Shown here piece by piece: positions 1 through 12,300 of a DNA stretch of 56,231 bases (position 1 is its first letter; each line of letters begins with the position of its first letter). The stretch is taken from contig LWCA01000090.1 of assembly GCA_001642005.1 (NCBI GenBank), forward strand, positions 1 to 56,231, written 5' to 3'. Under the pieces are notes generated by a model. That model did no database searches. It was not told the origin of the DNA and saw nothing but the letters and a program-made list of their open reading frames with translations. A program made the translations under genes and the position numbers. This DNA comes from Intoshia linei (lineage: Eukaryota > Animalia > Orthonectida).

Positions 1-1320
1 AAAGTACTTATTTAGTACTTATAAAATCTGGACACTCTAGCTTAAAATTTATTCTAAATAATTTAACAGTGATATTACGGTGATAGTGATAGTAAGGTTG
101 GGAAACACTAATTTAGATACTTAACCGTCTATTTTTGCGCATTAGATAAAATTTTCCTATCTGTATCTCTTTTAAATAAAATAATTGTATATTTTTAATT
201 AAATTAAACTAAATGCAATGATATAAAAATTAAATTTTTTAGTTGGTTATATCAATAGTTAAACAAAAAAATTATTTTTATTATTTATCAATAATAGGCT
301 AATTTTTGTTTAAATTTGATCAAATTTTCTTTTATTGTTTGTATACATATAATTATAAATACGTACACTTTTGAAACTTAAAAATAATGAAAATGCACTC
401 CAAAAATAATAATTGTTAATTATTAAAATGGAATTTTGACATTTTAATATTTAAAAAAATTAATCAAATTTACAAGCTAAAATAGAATTTAATCAATTTA
501 ATTGTTTCATGTGAATTCACGATGTTTGTGCAGCCCGCGATATAATGATATATGGTCAATGCGGCACGCATATTAATAAGTTTGCCAACTATTGGTTTAC
601 ACAGTCAAGCTAATTATAAAATGGTTAATAAGAACAAAATTACTATCAATAGTACTATCACGAAATATAATAAAACAATATACTAAATATTAATTTTATG
701 ATAATTATATAATTCACAATGAAATAAAGTACAGCGGTATTTTCAATTTTGAATTTTTTTGAATTTATAATGTTAATATTTAAATGTTCTAATGCATACG
801 TGCCTTATGGCCGATTAAAATTGAATGAAATATCCAATGAAAATGCGGAATATATATCTAAATTTAATACAGATAAATGGATGATTTATACCAAGGATTG
901 TTTAGGTTATTTTTTAATTACTAGGTATAAATATCATAGATAAATGGACGCCATCATTAAAAGTTTCCCAAAATACTTCACAGTAGAACCCCTACACCAA
1001 AAAAAAATGCGTATCCCTAAATCATTAGTCTAACTATGGAAACCCTATGAATTAAAAAAAATTCTATTAAAACTTTACTTCACCTAAAAATGGATATATG
1101 AAAAATCGTTAATAATTGAACTGACGAACTAACAATCAAAAATGGGAATGATTCAAATTTAAAAAAAAATCTGGATTGCAAAAAGCAGCAAATCACTGAG
1201 TACTATTTAGTAATTTTCAAAAATTTTTTGCAGTGAGCAGTTTGGGAAACAAAAACAGTAGCAAGACAATCCTTTGTAGAAGCATTTGGTGAAAATATTG
1301 AAACTAACAAGCAAGTTATT

Positions 1321-1551
1321 GTGCCTCTTTGTTATGGCAGTGTAGCAGTTAAAGTAGATTGTTATCTTTTGACACCTTGGCCGTATGAATTCGAGATCAT
1401 TTTGGGAATGGAATTTTTAATTTTTCATGGAATAATTTTAAATTTACCAGAAAATTGTTTAGTATTCAATTTCGAATTGGGTCATCAATTATTCACGTGT
1501 GCAAACGCGCAAAATATAGGATTGATACAAACAACGAATGACTGTATGAAT
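1321..1551 (+). pseudogene. Remnant of an LTR-retrotransposon aspartic protease (C-terminal half)
   Basis: ORF 1321 contains FEIILGMEFL, matching the retropepsin C-terminal ILGxDFL motif. The D-T/S-G active site is absent. A PPT plus LTR-like segment lies downstream at 2253-2441. Confidence 0.5.
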
Positions 1552-2021
1552 GAATATCTTAAAAACAATGAAACGATTAATTCTGATAAATATTGTGAAC
1601 AATTAGAAAAATTGAACCAAGTTATCCAAATAAAAAGGCCTAGAATGTTCAATAGGGGTAAAATAATCATGACAATGCTAAACCACATACTTCTAAAAAG
1701 ACTCGTAATTTTTTAAGCGACTTAAATTATGAAGTATTAGCGCACTCACCATATTGCACCTTCAGACTACCATCTTTTCAGATCCATGAGAAACCATTAC
1801 CAAGACAAAAAATACAGTTCAATTCAATTGGACATAGATGACTTTGCTTTGTAAAGATACTAATTTTTATTCTAGTGGAATATATAAACTACCACAACGC
1901 TGGGATAGAATTGTGGAATCTAACGGAGATTATTTTATCAGTTAGATTAATTTATAAACACTTAAAATAAACGTTTTAGTTTTAGTCTATAAAATGACAT
2001 TACTTATTGGACAACCTAATA
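1552..2021 (+). mobile_element. Mariner (DD34D) transposase 3' half, frameshifted, with right terminal inverted repeat (TIR)
   Basis: Across frameshifts it reads EYLKNNETINSDKYCEQL...KRP...HDNAKPHTSKKTRNFL...HSPY/IAPSDYHLFRSM...FYSSGIYKLPQRWDRIVESNGDYF*. It ends in the mariner-type TIR ...aaaatgacattacttattggacaacctaaTA. Confidence 0.9.
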
Positions 2022-2252
2022 CCAGATTGGTATAGAATTAAATTCAATTCGGATAAAGAATGTTTAGTTTATTTGATGGAGCATTAAGCAGTTGCATTTG
2101 TTAACGGTGATTATGAATACTAAAAGCAAATTTAGCATTTTCATTTTTTCTCAAAAAGATAGCAGTTTTAACAGTTCAATATTTTCTCAATTATGATAGC
2201 AGTTCCATTTCAATTTTTCTCAAAAGATAGCAGTTTAGCAGCCCCGAATTTT

Positions 2253-2441
2253 GGGGGGGGGAAGATGTTGTTATAGTGAAGTTACAGTAACAGTTTCAAC
2301 TGAGCTGTAACTTCACTTTAATATTAATAAACTTAGTTGAGCACCTGTATTTTGTCTATAAATTATAATGTCAGATTCGGACATTAGATCTACAAGATTC
2401 CTTCAAATTTAATAACCTATCTTTCATTCATTACTATTACA
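2253..2441 (+). mobile_element. Polypurine tract plus putative 3' LTR (TG...CA, about 176 bp)
   Basis: G9-AAGA (2253-2265) is followed immediately by tgttgttatagt. There is an internal aataaa and the segment ends actattaCA at 2441. Confidence 0.55.
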
Positions 2442-2444
2442 AAA

Positions 2445-2652
2445 ATGTTAACAAAAAAACTTTAAATTAAAATCTAATGTGACGGTTCCACGCGAAATAA
2501 GTTGGGCAACCACTCCTTTAATTGATTGATAATAGTTAATAGTAACATTTTTAAGTTAGATTTTCTTATTGAATTTATTTTTTTGGTAAAATAAAAATTT
2601 GCCCTCGGCAGGGATAGATGCTGTTTGTATGTAGTATATAACAATCAACTAG
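2445..2652 (+). mobile_element. Helitron family 3' fragment
   Basis: Shares ccactcctttaa..gattgataatagt...tttgccctcggcag with the copies at 32333, 38700 and 45219, and ends caaCTAG|t. Confidence 0.7.
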
Positions 2653-2797
2653 TATCTTATGAAAAACAGTAATAATCAGTTTCATTTATTTCATATGTAT
2701 TTTAAATCAATAAATAATTATTCATCTTACGTTAAGATTCTTAACATCGTAAATAACTGTTTTTTTTAGTGTAGACATTATTTATAATGATATAAAT

Positions 2798-3076
2798 CAG
2801 TGGCCACTGGTCACCAAACTTTTTGACATGGGGACCGGAAAAACTAAAAAGAATCGGCGGGCCAGATGAAAATATACATGACGGTATTTTAAATTACGAT
2901 TTAAAATTTAAGTTGAATTAATAAGTTTCTCATGGTTTAGAAATGACAAGTCGATAGTATGTAAAATCTAATTCGATGATATATGATAATTCGTAAGATA
3001 TCACCGGTGTATTTTGTAATAGATTTGTTGTTCGCAGGCCGGATTTGTTCCGCGGGCTGTAGTTTGGTGGCCACTG
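2798..3076. mobile_element. hAT (Buster/Charlie-type) MITE
   Basis: Termini are cagtggccac...agtttggtggccactg, with internal gcgggccag/gcaggccgg motifs. Flanks atataaat / atataatt form a 7/8 TSD of the nnnTAnnn type. Confidence 0.75.
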
Positions 3077-3354
3077 ATATAATTGATTAATTTTAGTATT
3101 GAAGTGAAACTTTGTGATATTTTTTTAATATTATAAGGCCTAATCAATGTGGTATATGAACCAATACTTATGAATATTATATATCATTGAAATCAGCTTT
3201 ACATTATCTACAAAATGGTATTATTTTTCAGTGTTGATTAGTGTAATAGTAATTTTTATGCCTTGACATTGGGTTTTTCAATTAATGCTACATACCTAAA
3301 ATATGAATTATCGCGACACTCAAGGCTTACCTGTATTTTTTATTTATAATTTAT

Positions 3355-6300
3355 TTGTTTAATTTTTTAAATTTAGACGAATGTAACGAAATTTCAAGAC
3401 GAGAATTTGAAGTCTATTGGTACAATAAATTTGTTTGCATTAGTTCAGGTAGTATTGGACATATAATGGATTTGAACGTAATATATGATATAAAAAGTGA
3501 AATTTTAGATTTGAAATTGTGTGATTTTCTTGTTAAAGGATTATATGATGATGAAAACGTGGAATTGATAAAAAATACAATTTTAATTAGAAGTGAAAAA
3601 AAAATGATTATATATGATGAATATGGTGAAGTTTATTCATGTATATTTAGTTTTAAAGTGAAATCTATTCATTGTTTAAAGATGGGATTATTAATAGAAA
3701 GACAAATAACATGTAATGATCCTGAACAAAATATATTTTTTTCGTGTTTACATCCATTGGACGAATGTACCCCTATTGTACTCACAAAAAATGGAGTTTC
3801 TTCCACGTTGCATAATATTTCAGATTCTATTACAGCAAGTTGTAATGAAAACTTAATAATCGTGTACAACCAAAAAAGTTACATGCTTTATAAAGTTAGA
3901 AAACCTACAATAAATGAAGTATGCTCAAACGAGTCAAATACATTCTTAGATAATTCTGGTAATTCTTTAAATAAAAATTTTTCTAACCAAAGACGGTCAA
4001 ATGGTTTTAAACGTCGGAACAATTCAGCTTACCATAAGGAAAAATCTCTACAAATGAAGGAACAAACGTTTCTACCAAATTTTGCATCTCCTAAATTATG
4101 TTCACAGTTTTTACCAGATGATAATATTGAAGAAAGCCGTGAAAACGTTTCATTTATAAATGATTTCATTTTAATGGTAGAACCAAAAGTTTGTATGGAT
4201 TATATTTGTGATTTATATGAAAAAAGTAATCTAGTTGATAAATTTTATGTAATTGAAGATTTTTTTCAAACAAAATATTTAATTTATCTTGCAAATTCTT
4301 GTACTCTGAAATTTTTGAAAATGTTTCATGATAAAGCTATTCGTTTAAAATTTTCTAAAGAAATTGATTGTATTGATTATGTTTATTTAAAAAGTCGAAA
4401 AATGTTGATTATTATTAACACTGATTTCAAGTATTATGTATACTGTGGAACTTATCAAATGACCACTTTTGTATTTAGTGAGATTGATGTTAATCATATT
4501 TCAGATTCGTACATTATACCCCAGTATATGGACCAGAAATACGAATCGGGTTATGATTTTAAGCTTGAAGATGCTATAAATAATAAAATAACTTTAAAAA
4601 AAGATTCAAACTATTACACCGTCTTGTTTAAGTATGGTATTATGAACAATGAACTGGTTGAAAAATGTTTAAACGCTATAGAAAATTCTTTATCAAATCA
4701 AATTTATATGGATTTTTTGTCGTTGTGGTATAATACAATTTTTAATACAAAATATACTGAATTTAATTCAAAATTTAAAAGTTTCTTGATATATACATTC
4801 CAAAAGTTGAATATGGTTGATTTTGCAGATTTATTTAAATTACATTTACTTGACTTTGATTTAATTGATATAAACCAAAATGCAAATGTTAAAATTAAAA
4901 TTAATGGCAAATTTGTTACTAAACGTTCAATAAGGGAATCAGGTTATAAATTATTTAAAGACTCGGATGATGATAAAGTTTCAAAAATTAATAATATGAA
5001 CCAATTTTTGGATTCGATTTGTCACTTGTTTCTCAGATTAGATAAATCATGTTTAACATCACCTTTAATGTCAAGTTTGCCCATCATTTGCACAAATTTA
5101 TTTACAGTTATACAAGAATATGAAATACAAAGTGTTGATTCTGAAAATTTGTTTGAATTGGCATTATTTACGTTTATTTTAGCCAAAATATGCTACTTGA
5201 ACGATATTTGTGATGCACTTATTATCAGTAACCCTAAATTGATAATTTTGTATAATATAAATGTAAAATCATCTAAAGAAATTATAAATTACCCTAAACC
5301 AAATGTTTCTTTTAAAAATGTATACATATGGTTATCTGAATTGTTACTTGAAGATTACAATTGTAACAGTCCTATAAAAGAAATGAAAATTTGCAATACT
5401 GTAAAAAATACGCTTGGTATTTATCTTTGGTTAAACGGATCAAATATTTTTAACTATTTGAATAAAGATATGGAACAATATAAAAAATTTTCAGATAAAT
5501 TAAATTTTTATATTGGTAATCATTTAATTTCCAACAAAAATAGAGACATTTCATTTTGCCTTAAATATTTGGAAAAATTTGATTGTGGTTTTATAAATAA
5601 TTTAAAAAACTTTTTAAAATACCCCATTAGCAAAATTCTTAATATTGCAAATTCTAATGCAACCAAAATACCTTTAAAGATGAAAAATCTTTTTAATCGA
5701 AAAGATATTAGTGCATGTCAACAATATTACCATTTAAAACTTGATGTTTCTCCAATTTATAAAATTTTTTTTTCAAAAACAAATTGTTGCTTGACAGGGT
5801 ATGAAAATATTAAATATTTTATTCCACAAATTATTTTTGAATCTGATGAAAGATTTTCAGTAATTTTGGATTTACTTGATGTTACCAAACCGTTAAATAT
5901 TTGTGTAAATGAAAAGACACAAACAGATTCAAATACATCATTATATGTTGAACAATTAAAAAAACTTTTACGTCAGCGTATATCTCTTTTTGTTGGTCGA
6001 GCTGCTGTTTTGATTGGGTCTAATAAGATTACAACTCAGTTTATAGGATACGCCCACATTAATTTTTCCGGGATAGTGGATAAATCTAATATTCCAATCT
6101 CTTATGAACCCAAAACCAATAATCTTGCTTGGCCTCTATTTAATAGTGGTGTAGAAATGGGATTAAAATCAAAATATCAATTTAGAGATCAATCAGAATT
6201 TGAAGCTAAAATTGTTAATGATAGTGCAATTAATAATCCCATTACGTCATATGCTGGGTATTTGTTTGGATTGGCAATAAATGAAAAAATTGTAGATTTT

Positions 6301-8418
6301 AGTAGATTTTTGATTCACGATTATTTATCTAAACATGTTGAATTTATCACAATTTCAGTTTTGTTTGTTATTGCTATTGTTAATAGAGGAACTGGTGATG
6401 TTAAAATGTGTGGTACGTTGGCAATGCATTCGCCATCGCTTTACCCGGACGAGAACGTTACTTGGCCGTTTTTGACTAATAATATTATTATTACTGCCCT
6501 TTTTTCATTCGGTTTATTATTTGAAAAGACGCGAAATCGTATAATATGTTGTAAGTTATTAAAAGAATTGAGTAACCCTACACATATTCAAGATTCCATG
6601 CTCCCAGAAATTGATTCATACTTTTTGACTGCAGGGTTTAGTTTGGCTCTTGTTATGACTAATGAAAAATTAGATTACAAACGATTGGTAGAGATGAAAT
6701 TACCTGAAACTCTTTTTGAGTGTATTAATTATTCTACGGACAACAGAACCAACAAAATTGCAGCTTCAATTGGTGCTATTATAGCAATGGGTTTTATTTT
6801 TCAGAGGACCAATCATCCTATTATTTCTAAATGGCTAGAAATTCCAAATAATATAAAGTTTATTCAAAGCAATATACCAAATGTTGTATATATTAGATGC
6901 TTTGCTTATCATATTGTTAATTGGAATTCTATTACACCAAGTGTTAAGTGGATTAAAAATTTTGTCCCTTCGTTAATTACTCATAGAATAATAAAATGTC
7001 CTGACGGAGACATGATTCTGGATAGTCGTCATATTGAAGTGTCCACTATAAATGATGCATGGCTCTGTATTATTGGTGGAACGTGTTATGCTATAGCTAT
7101 AAAATATGCTGGATCCCGGAATTTATCGGCATATAGAGCAATTAAACATTATGTATACACTATTCAAAACATATTGTTTGATCAACGAGAAATGCGCCAT
7201 AACATATTGATATCCAACATTTTGATAGATAGAGTCTTATCCAATTTAATATTATACATGTCTTTAATAATGGCTGGCTCAGGTTACATTAATATTTTAT
7301 CAATTATTCAATTCATGTTGAAAAGAATAAATAAGCCTACGGAATATGATTTAAGTATTTCGTATGGATGTCACATGTGTTTAGGCTTGGCTATGGGATT
7401 TTTATTTTTGGGTTGTGGAAGCTACACTATTGAAGATAGTCATCAAAACGTTATTTTTCTTGCATGTTCTATATATCCTATTTGGCCATCTTTTCCAGGT
7501 GATAATTTGTTCCATTTTCAACCATTTCGTCATTTTTGGGCATTTTCTGCTGCTCCCAGATTAATTTTACCATTTGATATAGTGAATAAAGAATTTTGTA
7601 AAATTGGCATAAAAATTAAATACAAAAATGAAAGAGAAATGGAACACGTTATGGCACCATTAATTTTATCAAATCTTGATCAAATTGATAAAATTAGTTT
7701 TCTGGGTGACCGATTTCATCCTCAAGTGTTTTCGCGGCGATCAAATTGGAAAACTCTGATTGATATTATACATACAGATAATATATTATATGTTTATTTA
7801 CAAGATGGGGTATTAAATTACAAAGATGATCCGATAGGATTTTATTCTGCTACCAGAAATAATTCTAGTCATCAATTATGGTATCATCCACCACTCAATT
7901 ATTTACAAACTAAAGGTGCTGGAAATAAGCTTGATTTTATTTTAACTGCACAATCAAAGTTTTCATCTTTTGATTTTGAGGGAAATGTATGTACTCGGTT
8001 AAAGTTAAATGTACCTCATATAACTCGTTATTTTGGTTTACTCCACAAATTACGTAGGAATTTATTATTGGACGTAACAATTGATTTCGATAAAGTTGTT
8101 CAGCTTTTTAATATTTCTCTAAATTTACAATTTCATGGATGGTTTGATGGCCATTTTAATGTTGAAAATTATGTTATCGGAAACCATAAAGACAAATCTC
8201 TTAATATATTGCACCTCATGTTTTATATACATAATTGTTTAAAATTACTGCATTTTAAGGTTCAAGACTCAAATTCTATCATTATGACAAAATATATTTT
8301 AAAATTTATATATCGTATATGGAGACAATTTGAAAAAATATTCAAAAAACAAAATCAAGTCAAATTACCAGATGTTAATAAATATGCTAATATTCTCTAT
8401 CAATCTCATAAATGTTAA
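3355..8418 (+). CDS. ANAPC1: Anaphase-promoting complex subunit 1; main exon from an acceptor at about 3376, small 5' exon(s) unresolved
   Basis: 1687-aa ORF with APC1 motifs GLLIER, FSCLHPLDECTP, WPLFNSGVEMGL, HDYLSKHVEFITI, YAIAIKYAGS, YGCHMCLGLAMGFLFLGCGSY and DNLFHFQPFRHFW..AA.PRL. Confidence 0.93.
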   Translation: MFNFLNLDECNEISRREFEVYWYNKFVCISSGSIGHIMDLNVIYDIKSEILDLKLCDFLVKGLYDDENVELIKNTILIRSEKKMIIYDEYGEVYSCIFSFKVKSIHCLKMGLLIERQITCNDPEQNIFFSCLHPLDECTPIVLTKNGVSSTLHNISDSITASCNENLIIVYNQKSYMLYKVRKPTINEVCSNESNTFLDNSGNSLNKNFSNQRRSNGFKRRNNSAYHKEKSLQMKEQTFLPNFASPKLCSQFLPDDNIEESRENVSFINDFILMVEPKVCMDYICDLYEKSNLVDKFYVIEDFFQTKYLIYLANSCTLKFLKMFHDKAIRLKFSKEIDCIDYVYLKSRKMLIIINTDFKYYVYCGTYQMTTFVFSEIDVNHISDSYIIPQYMDQKYESGYDFKLEDAINNKITLKKDSNYYTVLFKYGIMNNELVEKCLNAIENSLSNQIYMDFLSLWYNTIFNTKYTEFNSKFKSFLIYTFQKLNMVDFADLFKLHLLDFDLIDINQNANVKIKINGKFVTKRSIRESGYKLFKDSDDDKVSKINNMNQFLDSICHLFLRLDKSCLTSPLMSSLPIICTNLFTVIQEYEIQSVDSENLFELALFTFILAKICYLNDICDALIISNPKLIILYNINVKSSKEIINYPKPNVSFKNVYIWLSELLLEDYNCNSPIKEMKICNTVKNTLGIYLWLNGSNIFNYLNKDMEQYKKFSDKLNFYIGNHLISNKNRDISFCLKYLEKFDCGFINNLKNFLKYPISKILNIANSNATKIPLKMKNLFNRKDISACQQYYHLKLDVSPIYKIFFSKTNCCLTGYENIKYFIPQIIFESDERFSVILDLLDVTKPLNICVNEKTQTDSNTSLYVEQLKKLLRQRISLFVGRAAVLIGSNKITTQFIGYAHINFSGIVDKSNIPISYEPKTNNLAWPLFNSGVEMGLKSKYQFRDQSEFEAKIVNDSAINNPITSYAGYLFGLAINEKIVDFSRFLIHDYLSKHVEFITISVLFVIAIVNRGTGDVKMCGTLAMHSPSLYPDENVTWPFLTNNIIITALFSFGLLFEKTRNRIICCKLLKELSNPTHIQDSMLPEIDSYFLTAGFSLALVMTNEKLDYKRLVEMKLPETLFECINYSTDNRTNKIAASIGAIIAMGFIFQRTNHPIISKWLEIPNNIKFIQSNIPNVVYIRCFAYHIVNWNSITPSVKWIKNFVPSLITHRIIKCPDGDMILDSRHIEVSTINDAWLCIIGGTCYAIAIKYAGSRNLSAYRAIKHYVYTIQNILFDQREMRHNILISNILIDRVLSNLILYMSLIMAGSGYINILSIIQFMLKRINKPTEYDLSISYGCHMCLGLAMGFLFLGCGSYTIEDSHQNVIFLACSIYPIWPSFPGDNLFHFQPFRHFWAFSAAPRLILPFDIVNKEFCKIGIKIKYKNEREMEHVMAPLILSNLDQIDKISFLGDRFHPQVFSRRSNWKTLIDIIHTDNILYVYLQDGVLNYKDDPIGFYSATRNNSSHQLWYHPPLNYLQTKGAGNKLDFILTAQSKFSSFDFEGNVCTRLKLNVPHITRYFGLLHKLRRNLLLDVTIDFDKVVQLFNISLNLQFHGWFDGHFNVENYVIGNHKDKSLNILHLMFYIHNCLKLLHFKVQDSNSIIMTKYILKFIYRIWRQFEKIFKKQNQVKLPDVNKYANILYQSHKC

Positions 8419-9306
8419 AATTATTTATTAAACTGTTTACAATTTTCAGGAAACCCCGATTAGTATGTTTCTTTTCTTATTATATATCAAAATTCTAGGA
8501 CTTTTAATTTTTACAATTTGACGTAAAATGGTATATTTCATTGTACAATAAATCTAATAATTTTCACTGAAGGGTATGTGAAAATGAATTTTCCCCTGAA
8601 GGGTTGGTAAAATTGGATTTTTAGTAAAAATGGTTGGGTTTAAGAATATTCTTTTTTAAAAAGATGCCACCATTTAAAAATTATTTAATTAATAGTCCTC
8701 GACATACACTAGTGTTATAAAATTAGATTCTAAAATAATGAATGAAACAATCCACAAATTTTTATAGAGGTATAAATAATGCAGGAGATTACAGTACAAA
8801 TATTAATTACCAAGAAATATAATCAAAGCAACTATAATTAACATTGAACTAATTAAACCAATCAAACGCGTTTAAAATAAACAAAAGTTCAAACCAAAAT
8901 TGTAGTGATTGTAACTAATTTATATTAAAATTATATGTACGTTAACGTAATAACTATTAAAATGTAAAAAAAACGTCGAAGTTGTATTTGTGCTGTGTTA
9001 TAACGATAGTACTAAATTATATAATTTATATGGCACTAGAAATTTATCATTTAAAACGACAGTTTTAAAGAGTACTGTAATAGGTGACGGGGACCGTAAA
9101 CACATAAATAATAATGTATATTTTATGAAAAACTTGAATTGGCCGAAAGATATACATATATATATATGTCACGGAAGGGTATGTGAAAATGAATTTTGAA
9201 TGAAAAAATATATAACAAAACTAAAAAAAAAATACAAATGTACGTATATTAAATAGATGTAAATAAAACTTAAAAAAATTTACAAACATTTAATTTACAA
9301 TTAACA

Positions 9307-12300
9307 TTATACATTTTTCGAAGTTGAAATACTGACATTACTACAATCGGTAACTTTTAAATTTTGATCACATTTTTTCCGTTGAATACTATCCAATTCA
9401 CACATTTCGTTTTTCGAAATTTTGAAATGGCTGGATTCTAAATAAGCGTTGGTTGAATCATTCCAAAATTTTCGCCCATTTTGAATATCAGTAAGCTTAT
9501 TTTTTAATCCAATTTTATATACTTTTTTGGATGTATAATATTTGTTCAAATTTGTATAACTCTTACGAATATTATTAGGTTCATGAAAATTGTTTGTGAT
9601 GTCAATATTTTTAGATTTGGAACTGTCTGTTTTAGAATTACTACTGGTGGGATAATCTTTTTCAGTAACATTTTCAGAAGATATTGAATCACAATTGCTG
9701 TTTTCAAATAACGTTTCAATATTTGGCTTGTTTTCATTTTGATTTCTACGATAAACTAAAGCAGATTGGATGGAATCGTTGATTTTATTTTCTTTAATGT
9801 GTTTACTTTTCACAATATTAAATGTTTTTTTATTGATATATGGGTTTATTAGACATGATAAAATTAAGTCGGCAATAGTGTATACAAAAAGAGGTACAAT
9901 GAGAAGTATAATCTCAGTTTTTGTAAATGTATACGTTTGAAGCAAGAGAGTTGAGATTACGAGACTAATTTCTGTTACAAATCGAACAAAACTTGTAATA
10001 AAATTTACTTTGATTTCTTTGTTGATAGATTCAGGGTTAAAATCTTGACGAGGATTTGTAGATAAATGTGAATTGTAGAATTCTGTGATGTAAGAATTTT
10101 TTTCTTTTTTTTTTGAACGAAATTGAATTTTAATGCATCCTACTACTATTAATAAACATGTCAATAATAACAAGCTTAGCAAAGGTATTATAAAAATCCA
10201 TTTAAAAAGATTTCCATATATAGGCCAACAAGGTCGCGTTCTGCCATACATTTGAGGTCTTAACCCCATTAATAAAGCAATTTGTGAAAGAGGGATCATG
10301 TAACTTATTATAAGGTAAATGTTTATTGCATTATCTTTACCCAATACTTTTAATTCGGTCAATTGTCGGTATGAATGGAAAGCTTCAAAGAATGACCAGA
10401 AGATTACAATTTCTATGGTCATCTGAGTCATCACACTGGATATCGTACATAACATTCGGTAATCCATAGCATGATAATTGTAAAAAAAACATATTATACA
10501 CAAAAACCAATTGACGCATATGTGAAGTCTAATTTTACTAATTGTACTGGTATAATCTGATTTCCAGCATACCAAAACGTTTATTACAACTGTTACCAGT
10601 GAAATAATCACGAGTATTGAAAAAATAATTGACAGAATGGAGTTTACTTTTTGGGTCATATCCACTTGTACCCAACCATCTAACTTATTTTGAATTTTAG
10701 CAATGCCAACCATTCCGCAGCTAAATGAACATTTACATATAAATTCTCGTTTTTTAGTGACATCTAAAGTACACTCACTAGTAGACCAATAATATTCACT
10801 TCTTCCCCTGATTCCATATTCCATAGATATACATATCAAACTTTTATCATTATATTCTTCATTGTAGTATACTGGAATAACAATATTGTGATAGACAAAA
10901 TTATTTTTTTTTTCCTTTTCAACTTCAAAAGAAGATACCAAAACGACCTTAGATATTAATGCAAGTTGCATTTTTTTCAATCTTTCTGAAATTAACAATT
11001 TATTGGGTAAATTCAATTTTACAATCACAGTATTAACCAAAACATTTTTCACATCCTTGTTGTTTTGAATGGGTAATTGTACCAATCTAATGTTTTTATT
11101 AATATTTTTCGCGAAAGAATTGTATTGAAATGAAAAATCCACAAATCTGGATTTTATAGATAAACTTGTTAATGGTAATTGATTCATAACAGAACTCAAT
11201 TTGTTAATGTACGCAAGAATTTCATACAAGAAATAACTAAACATTTTAGAGAATGGTATTTTTTTCGAATCATCCGATATAAACTTTGTAAATATTACTC
11301 TAGAAGGTTTTAAATTCAATGATCTAGCTTTAAGACGCAAACTTTTGTGTAAATGTATAGTCTCCCATAAATTTTCCCAAGAATTTATATTTCTTGAATC
11401 GATAATCTTATCAATTATTGACACAAATGACGTGTGAAATTGACTTCGTTGAGCATATGTCATATCAAGAGGTACCTGTCTAATTTCATGATTTAAAATT
11501 TTTTCTATAATTTCAATAGTTAAATATAAATCACGTGGTCCAATGAATAAACTTTTACAAATTTTAGATGCTGAAATATTGTCTACGGGATTTGCACATT
11601 TTTTGTCGTTTTTTAATTCTAGTTTTGATTCAAGTTGCACCATTTCATCTACTATTGTTTGTAAAATTTGATTTGATGATATTGGACTCAATTGAAAGTT
11701 ATTTATGTTCAATGCTAACAAAACTAATGTCTTTAACGCACAGTCAAGTTTGATTACTGGTCCCCAACCACTTGTTTTGCATTTTCGGGATAATTTACCT
11801 ATTATTAATATAATATATATGGATAATTTATTAATTTTTAATTTTTAATTTTTAAGAAAATTTATTAACCCTTAAGGAAAAAATCCACTTTTAATAATCC
11901 TAATTAAAATAATTAGTAAGCGAGGAAGATCACTAAAACATCTAATCGAGAAAATATAAAATATTTCAAAAACAGAAAAATCAATAATGAATAAATTTTT
12001 TTTATTTTTGTTATAAAAAGTTCTATTTGTTTGTTTATTAGTTTAATTAAGTATTAAGTATAAGTATTAAGGCGGTTATAACATCTATTTATCGATAATT
12101 CTTCTATTTAAGAACCTCACTTTTTTTTGTTAGTGATATTGAGTTTTTATGAAATACTCTGCAATTCTGTAAATAGCATTTTTGATTTTAGGTTTGCTAA
12201 AACTAGAATTTTCCCTAAAGGTTAAATTTTGATTTTTAGTAAAAATGGTTGAATAGACGCCCAAATTTAAATGATAAATGAAATTTTTCCTGTAAGCATT

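Noticed and set aside
490-943. GC-richer patch at 520-600 and ORF 749-943
   Set aside because: The patch resembles a decayed hAT end (gcagcccgcg...aagtttgccaactattg); the ORF has no ATG start and no recognisable motif.
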